From NCBI GenBank assembly GCA_964481345.1, contig CAYZTC010000007.1, positions 1 through 54,691 of the forward strand: 54,691 nucleotides of DNA, in the 5' to 3' direction. The notes under the pieces were generated by a model. The model was not told the DNA's origin. It ran no database searches and saw only the letters and a program-made list of their open reading frames with translations. Every line of letters starts with the position of its first letter. Within the stretch, counting starts at the first letter, position 1. This document shows, piece after piece, positions 26,195-34,603 of this stretch. Origin of the DNA: an uncultured Candidatus Saccharibacteria bacterium (GTDB taxonomy: Bacteria > Patescibacteriota > Dojkabacteria > SC72 > JAFGCJ01). Position numbers and translations under genes: made by a program.

Positions 26195-26270
26195 TGGGGT
26201 GGAAGATGGGATTCGAACCCACAACCTCCTGTACCACAAACAGGCGCTCCACCATTGAGCTACATCCACC
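26195..26270 (-). tRNA. tRNA-His (anticodon GTG), encoded G-1 and CCA
   Basis: Reverse complement: G-GTGGATG-TA-GCTC-AATGGTG-GAGC-G-CCTGT-TTGTGGT-ACAGG-AGGTT-GTGGG-TTCGAAT-CCCAT-CTTCCAC-C-CCA. The extra 5-prime G opposite C73 is the His identity feature. Confidence 0.9.
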
Positions 26271-26316
26271 ATTTTTTAAAGTATTACTTTTTAGAATAAA
26301 GAGCCATTATTGCTTG

Positions 26317-26342
26317 CCCCTCTATGCTTTAGCGTAGAGGGG
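26317..26342. repeat. GC-rich hairpin CCCCTCTATGC-TTTA-GCGTAGAGGGG
   Basis: An 8 perfect bp outer stem, plus a G:U and 2 further bp. It lies between the tRNA-His gene and a duplicated copy of the tRNA 5-prime end. Confidence 0.65.
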
Positions 26343-26357
26343 AGCTACATCCACCAT
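26342..26357 (-). pseudogene. 16-nt duplicate of the tRNA-His 5-prime end
   Basis: GAGCTACATCCACCAT (26342-26357) is identical to 26257-26272. That span covers the D-stem strand, acceptor strand, G-1 and 2 flanking nt. Confidence 0.7.
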
Positions 26358-26427
26358 AACAAATATTTCGGTAATACTGGATTTATTATACCGATTTTTG
26401 AGGGTTTTGTGGTAAGATCGGAGCGTT

Positions 26428-26937
26428 ATGGCTACAAAGGAGATACTTTTGATGGGTGATCCAAGATTAAGGGTGATATCCGAGTCTGTTGATATTAAAA
26501 AAATTAAAACAAAGGAAATTCGGGGTCTTATTAAGGATTTAAAGAATACTGCAAAACTGAATCCGGAGGGTGAGGGTTTTGTAACTGTTGGGCTTTCCGC
26601 TCCACAAATCGATGTGCCCCTAAGAATATTTGTCGTTATTTCTGATGTTGATGTAAGAAAAAATCCTAAATTCGATGTGTATATAAACCCTGAACTTGAC
26701 TATGAATCTACTCAGATGATTTCAGGAAAGGAAAGCTGTCTGAGTACACCTGGAATACTTGGTGAAGTTAGTCGTTATGATAGTGTAAGGGTTACTTATT
26801 ATGATGAGAACGGAAAAAAGAAGAGAGAGAAATTTAGTGGAGAAAAATCAGTCTTTATACAACATGAAAGTGATCATCTTGATGGGATACTGTGGATAGA
26901 CAGAGTAAGTGATACAAAAACAATATCTTACTGCTAG
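26428..26937 (+). CDS. def: Peptide deformylase
   Basis: 169 aa. The three PDF motifs are present: GLSAPQI, ESCLS and QHESDHLDG. GGAG lies 5 nt upstream of the ATG. Confidence 0.9.
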   Translation: MATKEILLMGDPRLRVISESVDIKKIKTKEIRGLIKDLKNTAKLNPEGEGFVTVGLSAPQIDVPLRIFVVISDVDVRKNPKFDVYINPELDYESTQMISGKESCLSTPGILGEVSRYDSVRVTYYDENGKKKREKFSGEKSVFIQHESDHLDGILWIDRVSDTKTISYC

Positions 26938-26943
26938 AAATTA

Positions 26944-28302
26944 ATGTCAATAATCAGAAAAGTATTTGCCTCAATAATACTTAACTATCTTCGAATCCTT
27001 TCCAAAATCCAGCTAATGAAGGTAAAGCCAATAATTGTTGGGATAACTGGTAGTACAGGCAAAACCTCTATTCGAGATGCTGTTGCACTAGCTTTATCAG
27101 TGAAATATAAAGTGAAAAAGACTCATAAGGCAAACAGTGAATCAGGAATTCCTCTTGATATCCTTGGACTTCATATGAATGACTATTCTATATTTGACTG
27201 GATAAGGGTATGTTTACTTGCCCCCTTAAAGTTAGTTACAAACTGGGAAAAATATGACGTGTACGTGGTTGAGATGGGGGTAGACAGTCCTCAAACCCCT
27301 AAGAATATGTCATATCTTCTTAAGATATTGAAACCTCATATTGGTCTTCTACTAAACGTTTCGGCAGTACACAGCGAGAATTATGACCATTTGGTAGGTA
27401 GTAACCTAAACGATTTAAAGAGAGTAAACAGGATATTGGGGCTTATTTCGAAAGAAAAAGGAAAATTGTTAAAAAGCCTTCCAGAACAAGGTTTCGCAAT
27501 AGGAAATGTCGATGATAACAATGTACAAAAAGTGTTATCAGAATGTAATTCTAAGATTATTACTTTTGGAAAGTCAAATTCTGCTGATGTTCGAATTAGG
27601 TCTATAGAACAAGACAAAGACAGTTTTGGAGTAACATTAATGATCGATGGTAAAAATTACACAATTGTATTAAAAAGCCAGTATTTACCTGATGCATTTG
27701 GATATACAATGGCTGGCGCAATGGCAATAGCATACTCATTGAAGGTTGATTTAGGAAAAGCTGTTATTAAGCTTTCGAAATATAAGCTCCCTCCTGGGAG
27801 AATGTCTATTTTTAAAGGAATAAAAAGTTCTACAATTGTTGACAGTTCATACAATTCTTCGAAACTTTCTACTTTTGAGGCATTTAATCTTGTTGAAATG
27901 TTGTCCAGTAAAGATAAAAGAAAGGTGTTACTTGCGCTTGGAGATATGAGGGAGATGGGAAAAGAAACTCAGTATGAACATGAAGAAATTTCTAAAAAAG
28001 CGGTAGATATAGCTGATAGAATAGTACTTGTCGGGCCTAATATGGAAAAATATTTCTATCCAAAAGCATTAAAACTCGGTTTTGATAAAGGTAAGATATA
28101 TTGCTATGAAAACTCTTATGAGGCCGCTCAAAAGATTAAAGACAAGGTACTTAAGAGTGGAGATATTGTTCTTGCAAAAGGTTCTCAGAACACGATTTTT
28201 ATGGAAAGTATTGTTGAAATGCTATTGGATAATGAAGAAGATATATCTAAACTTTGTCGCAGGGGAAGGTATTGGGATAAAATGAGGGACCAATTTAGAT
28301 GA
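26944..28302 (+). CDS. murF: Mur ligase family, most like UDP-MurNAc-tripeptide--D-Ala-D-Ala ligase
   Basis: 452 aa. P-loop GITGSTGKTS, then NSESGIPLDILGL. VVEMGVDSP...PHIGLLLNVSAVHSENY follows the MurF pattern. C-terminal Mur ligase domain (DSSYNSS). Confidence 0.7.
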   Translation: MSIIRKVFASIILNYLRILSKIQLMKVKPIIVGITGSTGKTSIRDAVALALSVKYKVKKTHKANSESGIPLDILGLHMNDYSIFDWIRVCLLAPLKLVTNWEKYDVYVVEMGVDSPQTPKNMSYLLKILKPHIGLLLNVSAVHSENYDHLVGSNLNDLKRVNRILGLISKEKGKLLKSLPEQGFAIGNVDDNNVQKVLSECNSKIITFGKSNSADVRIRSIEQDKDSFGVTLMIDGKNYTIVLKSQYLPDAFGYTMAGAMAIAYSLKVDLGKAVIKLSKYKLPPGRMSIFKGIKSSTIVDSSYNSSKLSTFEAFNLVEMLSSKDKRKVLLALGDMREMGKETQYEHEEISKKAVDIADRIVLVGPNMEKYFYPKALKLGFDKGKIYCYENSYEAAQKIKDKVLKSGDIVLAKGSQNTIFMESIVEMLLDNEEDISKLCRRGRYWDKMRDQFR

Positions 28303-29936
28303 AAAAGAACAAGCTTTTACAAGGCTTAATAGTAATTATTCTTGGTGGAGCAATTTTATTCTTTGTGGTGAGCAAATATGCTGAGTATAAAGGGTTTTCC
28401 ATTAGGGAATTATGGAATGAAATGTTTGTTAAAAAAGTTGAAGAAATTATAAATGGAGATGATAGAGTAATATATCTTTCCAGTGATCTTTCAGACTCAC
28501 TTACTCAAGGAATTTCTGATTGGGCAGATGAAAACTACGCTCTTGTGTATTTTTCAGATGAGGTAGAAGGGGATGCAGACTATGTAGTTTCAACTGCAGA
28601 TTTAGGGGGATACGATTTAGCCTGGAAAGGATATTTTGTCCTGGTAGTTTCAGTCGAATCGTTTTTAGAGGGTATCACTGTGGAGAATTTTGTACAGCTC
28701 GTCTCTGGCAACTCTGTTGAAGTTGATGGAGCTAGCTATGAGATTATCGTAGACGTAGATGCAGAGAATTATGTGAACTCAAATTATTCCATGGGAGTGA
28801 GTGTTACTTCTAGTTCGGATTGTGTAAATCAAGTATATGGGGATACTTCAAAGATTGGAATCATACCTTTTGATAAGGTAATTCCAAAAGTTAAAATTAT
28901 TGGTATAGACGATGGAAATCTACTTACCAACTTTGATGAGGATAGTTATCCTTTTGTAGAAAATGTGTGGGTAAAGGAAGGTTCTAGTTCCGGCCTTTTT
29001 GATGAAGTTAGAGAAATTCTTGGTGATGTAAACTATAACCCAGATACTGTTGCAACAGCAGTGGTTACTGGTACTTCTGTGATGGGTGCAAGAGGTCTGT
29101 ATCAAAAAAGTAAAGAGGTAGGTGACCCTATCTATCCAATTAGGGAAGTCGCTGATATTTTGAGGAATGCGGATATTGCACATGTAAGTAACGAGGCAGC
29201 CTTTGTTGAAGACTGTCAGCAGGGTAGCTGGTCGCTAGTGTTTTGTGGGACCTTGGAGTCTTTTGAGGCTTTTACTTTTGCTGGTATAGACGTAGTGGGC
29301 CTTACCGGTAATCACATATTAGATTATGGGAATACTAATTTTATAAATACTCTAGAACTATACGAGGAAAATGAGATACAGTATTTTGGAGGTGGTGAAA
29401 ATTTTAGCGATGCACATACTCCAGCGGTTGAGGAGGTGAATGGGATGACATTTGCATTTCTTGGATATAACAATATTCCTCCGGTGTCATCTTATGCTAC
29501 TGAAAGTCAGCCTGGATCGGCAGAGCTTGATATGAATCAGATGATAACCGATATTACTGATGCAAGCAGTAAGTATGATTTAGTACTTATTGATATGCAA
29601 TGGGGAGAGGAGTATGAGCATGATCCATTAAGTTATCAGATTGAATATGGAAGGGCGGCAATTGATGCAGGTGCAGACATTGTGACTGGGGTGCATCCTC
29701 ACTGGGTTCAAAAACTTGAATATTATGGGAACGGTGTAATTTTTTATGGTCTTGGAAACCTTTTATTTGATCAAATGTGGTCCCAAACAACAAGAGAAGG
29801 TATTATGGTTCGACATTATTTCTATGACGGAAGACATATTGGTTTTGACTTGATTCCAACGATTATTTATGAGGGGGCACAGCCAAGGCCTGTTAGTGGA
29901 AGTGATGCAGAAAGAATAATTAATTACTTATTTTAG
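28299..29936 (+). CDS. CapA/PGA_cap-family metallophosphoesterase-like protein, membrane anchored
   Basis: 545 aa. N-terminal TM. Motifs GIDVVGLTGNHILDYG, MQWGEEYEHDP, GADIVTGVHPHWVQ and FYGLGNLLFDQ. Confidence 0.75.
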   Translation: MKKNKLLQGLIVIILGGAILFFVVSKYAEYKGFSIRELWNEMFVKKVEEIINGDDRVIYLSSDLSDSLTQGISDWADENYALVYFSDEVEGDADYVVSTADLGGYDLAWKGYFVLVVSVESFLEGITVENFVQLVSGNSVEVDGASYEIIVDVDAENYVNSNYSMGVSVTSSSDCVNQVYGDTSKIGIIPFDKVIPKVKIIGIDDGNLLTNFDEDSYPFVENVWVKEGSSSGLFDEVREILGDVNYNPDTVATAVVTGTSVMGARGLYQKSKEVGDPIYPIREVADILRNADIAHVSNEAAFVEDCQQGSWSLVFCGTLESFEAFTFAGIDVVGLTGNHILDYGNTNFINTLELYEENEIQYFGGGENFSDAHTPAVEEVNGMTFAFLGYNNIPPVSSYATESQPGSAELDMNQMITDITDASSKYDLVLIDMQWGEEYEHDPLSYQIEYGRAAIDAGADIVTGVHPHWVQKLEYYGNGVIFYGLGNLLFDQMWSQTTREGIMVRHYFYDGRHIGFDLIPTIIYEGAQPRPVSGSDAERIINYLF

Positions 29937-29980
29937 ATACGTTGACACTTAACTTTTGTTGTGTTAACTTGATTTTTGTA

Positions 29981-31402
29981 ATGACTGCCTTAAAGAAAAC
30001 AATAAAGCTATTTATCATAGTTTTTTCAACACTAGTATACTTTCTTTTTCCGATAACTGAGGCATTTGCAACAGATACAGACTTAAATGATCAGGTAGAG
30101 GAAGAAGAAGAGGAAAGAAAGGTTCAGCTAAGAGCCCTGTTGGAATTAGATCTTCCAACAGAAACAGATAATCCAAACTATCAGATTATATTTACTGAAC
30201 CAGATGATACTGATATAGAAATAAAAATAGATGATGGAGATTATGTGACAAAGAAAAGTCCGTATTCACTACCTTCATTGTCGATTGGAAGGCACACTAT
30301 CACTTTTAAATTTGAGGATGAAGATGGAGTGGAGCAGACTTTGGCTGAGGTTCTAATTGTAATTCCACGGGCTCCGGTATTTTCTGAGTCGGAGGACCTG
30401 AGTTTTGATTCTGGTGAAGACATAGTTTTTTCTGGGACAGCGCTTCCAAATTCTACAGTTGTATTCCTAATTAGCAGTGATTTGGTAATGCAGCTTGTTA
30501 CAGTAGATTCAGATGGAAACTGGACATTGACTATCGATGAAGACCTTGTAGAGGGAAATCATCAGATTGTTGGTTTTGTTCGGAAGGATGGGTATGCAAG
30601 TGACTTTTCTGATCCAGTGACCTTCTATATGGGAAATGTTATTTCTTCCGAGCTTGAGGCGGGTGAGTCAGAGAGTGAATTTAGCTTGAATTTGAATATT
30701 GATTGGAGTGAAATTTTTTCAGAGGATAATAAGTATTATTTTATCGGTGCAGGCGGAGTGTTGCTTCTGATAGTTCTTGTGATAATAGGTTCTTCCATGA
30801 AAGCAGGAGCGGTAAATGGTAAAGATGTTGAAAAATTTATAAAGTCTAATGAATCTGGAAAGAAAGTTACTTTAAGAGAAAAACTGTCAACTGAGTTCCG
30901 TAAGAAATCTGTTGAACATAAGAAAAAGGACAGTAAGAAAAAGGATGCGTCTTCCCCCGAAGTAGCCCCGCTGGGCGGGACACTTCAGGGTTCGCCGGCT
31001 CAGGGTGCTGAGCCAATAAAAGATGAGGTAATGGAGAAAGAAAAAGAAAAGAAACCTGTTGAGAGTGAAGAAAAAGAAGAGAAACCTGTTAAAGAAAAAG
31101 ATAAACGATCTGTAGAAGAAAAACCAAAGCAAAAGAAGGGGATATTTTCATTTTTGAAGTTTGGAAAGAAGAAGGAAAAGGAAGAGCCAGATGATGTTAA
31201 GAAGGTTGTATCTAAAGAGGAGTTCATTAAGGACTATAAAGAGGATGCTTCAACAAGCTCTCTCCAAGATGAAACTAAGCTAACAAAAGAACCTGCCAAA
31301 GGCGGCGATAAGCAGGTAAAGAAACAGAAAGCAAAGAAGCCGAAGGACAAACAAGTAGATAAAAAATCCAAATCAAACAAAATCGAGGTTACGTTAGGGT
31401 AG
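29981..31402 (+). CDS. Membrane protein with Ig-like ectodomains and a long Lys/Glu-rich tail
   Basis: The ORF opens at TTG 29942, but ATG 29981 (MTALKKTIKLFIIVFSTLVYF) is the likelier start. Ig-like segment VFSGTALPNSTVVFLISS...DSDGNWTLTIDEDLVEGNHQIVGF. TM segment YYFIGAGGVLLLIVLVIIG. The tail contains EKEKKPVESEEKEEKPVKEKDK repeats. Confidence 0.55.
   Translation: MTALKKTIKLFIIVFSTLVYFLFPITEAFATDTDLNDQVEEEEEERKVQLRALLELDLPTETDNPNYQIIFTEPDDTDIEIKIDDGDYVTKKSPYSLPSLSIGRHTITFKFEDEDGVEQTLAEVLIVIPRAPVFSESEDLSFDSGEDIVFSGTALPNSTVVFLISSDLVMQLVTVDSDGNWTLTIDEDLVEGNHQIVGFVRKDGYASDFSDPVTFYMGNVISSELEAGESESEFSLNLNIDWSEIFSEDNKYYFIGAGGVLLLIVLVIIGSSMKAGAVNGKDVEKFIKSNESGKKVTLREKLSTEFRKKSVEHKKKDSKKKDASSPEVAPLGGTLQGSPAQGAEPIKDEVMEKEKEKKPVESEEKEEKPVKEKDKRSVEEKPKQKKGIFSFLKFGKKKEKEEPDDVKKVVSKEEFIKDYKEDASTSSLQDETKLTKEPAKGGDKQVKKQKAKKPKDKQVDKKSKSNKIEVTLG
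30947..31014. repeat. GC-rich island with two small palindromes, in-frame inside the K/E-rich tail
   Basis: CCCGC-TGG-GCGGG (30967-30979) and GGCTCAG-GGTG-CTGAGCC (30997-31014). The island encodes ASSPEVAPLGGTLQGSPAQGAEP. It shares CAGGGTTCG and GCTCAGGG strings with the elements at 36250-36260 and 8474-8482. Confidence 0.55.
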
Positions 31403-31808
31403 GTTTATGTTCTAGAGCTCCAATATGTTTTGTATCTTCATATCTTTCAACAATGTCGAGGAAGTCAGATATAATTATTTCATTAGAGACTGGGTCTTTG
31501 GATATGATTTTATTATTACCAATACTCATTGCACAATGGTTTATCTTATCTGAGCCTTCGTTAGGAAGAAAAACCAAGATGTTCCCCGCTTTAAGGTTTC
31601 TATTGTTATATTTGATTTCAACCCATAATTTTGGGTCAAAGAAAGGTAAACTCTTTCCTGTTGTGATAAAGTTAATGAATGAAATACAAGTGTGTTTCTT
31701 CCTTGTTTTAAAGGGTAATTTTTGATATTCGATAATTCTATTTAGATATTTCTTTGGAAGTTCTTGTAGTTGACTGATTATATCTTGAGTTTGTAGTTGT
31801 TCTATCAT
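31389..31808 (-). CDS. Hypothetical protein (possible NlpC/P60- or LRAT-like Cys/His hydrolase)
   Basis: 139 aa. A candidate Cys (KKHTCISFINF) and a candidate His (INHCAMSIG) are present. This is only a motif-level guess. Confidence 0.3.
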   Translation of the reverse strand: MIEQLQTQDIISQLQELPKKYLNRIIEYQKLPFKTRKKHTCISFINFITTGKSLPFFDPKLWVEIKYNNRNLKAGNILVFLPNEGSDKINHCAMSIGNNKIISKDPVSNEIIISDFLDIVERYEDTKHIGALEHKPTLT

Positions 31809-31840
31809 AAGTAACTTTGAAATAGATTTATCTAAACACA

Positions 31841-31860
31841 GTGAACTCTACGTAGTTCAC
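31841..31860 (-). terminator. Hairpin GTGAACT-CTACGT-AGTTCAC directly after tRNA-Leu(CAG)
   Basis: Perfect 7-bp stem. On the minus strand it is followed by TGTGTTTAG, which is only moderately T-rich. Confidence 0.35.
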
Positions 31861-31947
31861 TGCCGGGAGTGGGAGTTGAACCCACACCCCCGCAAGCGGG
31901 GGACTACGACCTGAACGTAGCGCGTCTGCCAATTCCGCCATCCCGAC
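31861..31947 (-). tRNA. tRNA-Leu (anticodon CAG), long variable arm, no encoded CCA
   Basis: Reverse complement: GTCGGGA-TG-GCGGAATTGGCAGACGC-G-CTACG-TTCAGGT-CGTAG-TCCCCCGCTTGCGGGGGT-GTGGG-TTCAACT-CCCAC-TCCCGGC-A. Confidence 0.9.
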
Positions 31948-32039
31948 ATTCGGTACAACTTTATTAATTAGACTATTCAAGAAGTAGAAAGAACTTTTTG
32001 CAATTGTTACTGTGATAAGTATCTATTTTGCTTTTAAGG

Positions 32040-33863
32040 CTACTTTTCTATATACCAGTCGATGATGTTGTTGTAGCGATCTTGAGGTAGACTGACATCC
32101 TCAAGTTCAACACCTTTAACACTTTTGTGTACAACAAAGGTAAATGTTGGATGATATAGGTAAAGTGCAGGCATATCCTCCATGATGTACCTTTGGAATG
32201 TACCATAATTATCTTTCCTTCTACTTTGTGATGGTTCTGTTCTAGATTGCTCAAGGATGATATCTACCCTGTCATATGAGTAGCCAGAAAGGTTTAGTCC
32301 GGGGTACTCTGACTTCAATGAGTGCCAAAGATTGTATTTATCTGGATCTGGTATGTTTTCTATTTCAAAAAGTAGAAGCTCAAAGTCTCTTCTTGGAATT
32401 GTCTCTCCTGATATCCTATCAAAAGTTTGTGTATTTGTGACTAGTTTAACCCCTACTGCCTGCCATTGTTGTTCTAATATCTGAGAAATTAGATTGTTTG
32501 TAGATGAATCAAGAAGAGTCATGGTGACAGATAAGGTTTCTCCATCCTTTTGTCTGTATAAGTCATCCTCATTTTCATGTTCCCATCCTGCATCAGAAAG
32601 TAGATTATTTGCACTTTCTTGATTGAACCTATATCTTTCTACATCTTTGTCAAATGCCCATGAGTTTGCGGGTATTGGGCCAAGGGCCTCGATCCCTTCC
32701 CCAAGAACAGCCGTAATTATTTCTTGCCTATTTGTTGCTCCAGAAAGAGCTTGTCTGACTTGTCTGGACGAAACAGGAGAGTCATCTAATCTAAGATTGA
32801 AGTAAACAAGCTTTTGTCTAAGACTAAGAGTAAATTGCTTTATTTCATACACTTCATATTGGGATAATTGCTGTGTGGTACTGTAAGTTATTTGAGAAAG
32901 TGTATGTATTCTAAACTGCCTTAGTGCTATTACTGCTTCATCCTCTGTAGCAAATAGTTTGTATACAATTTGCTTCAATGTTGGAGCTCCTTCATAATAA
33001 TCATCGTGTGCCTCAAGCAGTATTTCATCTTCTGAATTCCCCATGAGTTTAAATGGTCCAGTCCCTATTGGATAGTTGTTGAAATCTGAAAATCTTATAT
33101 CCGAAGTCTTGCTACTTGAGAGAATATGATCAGGCACTATTCCTAGAGATAGTGATTCAAGAAATGTAGTAGATGATTCTGGAAGGGTACAGAGTATCGT
33201 GTAGTCATCAATTTTTGTAAATTCAACATTTTCAAAAACATCAGAATAGCTATCTTCCCCACCAAGATTTTTGATGGTATCGAGAGTAAAGATAACATCA
33301 TCTGAGTTGAAATTTTCTCCATCATGCCATTTTACATCCTTTCTTATGAATAAAGTGTAAGTCTTTCCATCAGAAGATATTGCCCATGATTCAACAAGTT
33401 CAGGTACAATCGTTTCATCTTCGGATACATTTATAAGTTTGTTGAAAATTAACTCCTGAAGATCTCTTACAATCTGGTTATTTGTGATAAACATTGGATT
33501 TAAAGACGAAACTCTGCCCACCGCTCCCTCAATTAATGTTTGTTCGGTCTGTGGGTTAAGTATTGATTCGGGATTTGTAGATGCATATATGAATGCTCTC
33601 CATCCAAGAAGGGAGATTCCGAAATATAAAAGGATGTAACTGATTGGTTTTGTTTTGTCGATAGACTTAAGTATTACATCTGGAAGGAACCATATGATTG
33701 TTCTTATTCTTTGAATAATCGGAGTATTTTCAGATTGTGGAGTTCCCCAAAAGATAGCGTTGTACTTATCTGTATCCGGGTCGTATTTAATAACCTCCTC
33801 CTGCTCCAGCTTGAGTTTTATTTCATCTCTTGGTGTTAACCTGTTTGATGATTGTTGAGCCAT
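32040..33863 (-). CDS. ABC transporter substrate-binding protein, family 5 (peptide/nickel, OppA/DppA-like)
   Basis: 607 aa. N-terminal TM anchor. The SBP_bac_5-type core reads LVESWAISSDGKTYTLFIRKDVKWHDGENFNSDDVIFT and NYPIGTGPFKL. Confidence 0.8.
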   Translation of the reverse strand: MAQQSSNRLTPRDEIKLKLEQEEVIKYDPDTDKYNAIFWGTPQSENTPIIQRIRTIIWFLPDVILKSIDKTKPISYILLYFGISLLGWRAFIYASTNPESILNPQTEQTLIEGAVGRVSSLNPMFITNNQIVRDLQELIFNKLINVSEDETIVPELVESWAISSDGKTYTLFIRKDVKWHDGENFNSDDVIFTLDTIKNLGGEDSYSDVFENVEFTKIDDYTILCTLPESSTTFLESLSLGIVPDHILSSSKTSDIRFSDFNNYPIGTGPFKLMGNSEDEILLEAHDDYYEGAPTLKQIVYKLFATEDEAVIALRQFRIHTLSQITYSTTQQLSQYEVYEIKQFTLSLRQKLVYFNLRLDDSPVSSRQVRQALSGATNRQEIITAVLGEGIEALGPIPANSWAFDKDVERYRFNQESANNLLSDAGWEHENEDDLYRQKDGETLSVTMTLLDSSTNNLISQILEQQWQAVGVKLVTNTQTFDRISGETIPRRDFELLLFEIENIPDPDKYNLWHSLKSEYPGLNLSGYSYDRVDIILEQSRTEPSQSRRKDNYGTFQRYIMEDMPALYLYHPTFTFVVHKSVKGVELEDVSLPQDRYNNIIDWYIEK

Positions 33864-34088
33864 TTATGAAATTGATGTATTTGCGATAGATAATACAACT
33901 AGTAAGATAGATAGTACAATTGTTGAGTAGTACAATACTTTTTCGATCCCCCTCCTTGATCTATATACCTCTCCTCCACCTCCTAGAAATGTGCCAAGTC
34001 CTTCACCTCTGTTTTGAAGAAGTATTGATATGACAATGAGTATTGATATAACTATTTGTGATATTGTAACTATTCTTTTCCAGTCCAA
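33864..34088 (-). CDS. secG: Preprotein translocase subunit SecG
   Basis: 74 aa with two TM helices. Typical loop LLQNRGEGLGTFLGGGG...RRGIEKVL. Confidence 0.75.
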   Translation of the reverse strand: MDWKRIVTISQIVISILIVISILLQNRGEGLGTFLGGGGEVYRSRRGIEKVLYYSTIVLSILLVVLSIANTSIS

Positions 34089-34106
34089 TTTTAGTGTTAA
34101 TTAAAT

Positions 34107-34541
34107 TTAGTCGTATTGGAGCCAATTGATTGATGCATATATTGTTGACGTTACAAATGCTGCAGCAATCATTGTAAATGTTGAACTTAAAGTAAATGTG
34201 TTAATCGATACTATTCCAAGTGATACTGTATCAATGTACGTTTCAGCAACAGAGATTCCGGGAATTATTATTGTCATGCCATAGATTGCAGCAAAGTTTA
34301 AAATAGTACCGATTATTATGTCCATAAAAATATTTTCTGGGAGGGTGAAAAACTTAATTGTTTGCTCGACAAGTGTATTTGAAAGACCGAAGATTACGAT
34401 AATCATAAACCAATGGCTTAAAAGGATTGGTGTCTGAATACCAGTGATAATTTGAGTCGTGATATAAAAAACCATGGCACCAAAAATGAAATCATAGAGG
34501 ATTTTTTTGAAGGATATTGAGACCATAGTAAACTGCTTCAA
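34107..34541 (-). CDS. Four-TM membrane protein (YvlD / phage-holin-4_2-like topology)
   Basis: 144 aa. Four hydrophobic helices in a pattern resembling the PF04020 family. Weak assignment. Confidence 0.35.
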   Translation of the reverse strand: MKQFTMVSISFKKILYDFIFGAMVFYITTQIITGIQTPILLSHWFMIIVIFGLSNTLVEQTIKFFTLPENIFMDIIIGTILNFAAIYGMTIIIPGISVAETYIDTVSLGIVSINTFTLSSTFTMIAAAFVTSTIYASINWLQYD

Positions 34542-34603
34542 ATTAATTGATGTAAGTATTCTTCTGAAGTATACTAAAACAGTTAATGTTTGAGAAGTTA
34601 TGA

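Noticed and set aside
31020-31140. DNA-level imperfect tandem repeats (GAAAAAGAAGAGAAACCTGTT-like units).
   Set aside because: They simply encode the low-complexity EKKPVE/EEKPVK tail of the membrane protein. This is not an independent repeat element or array.
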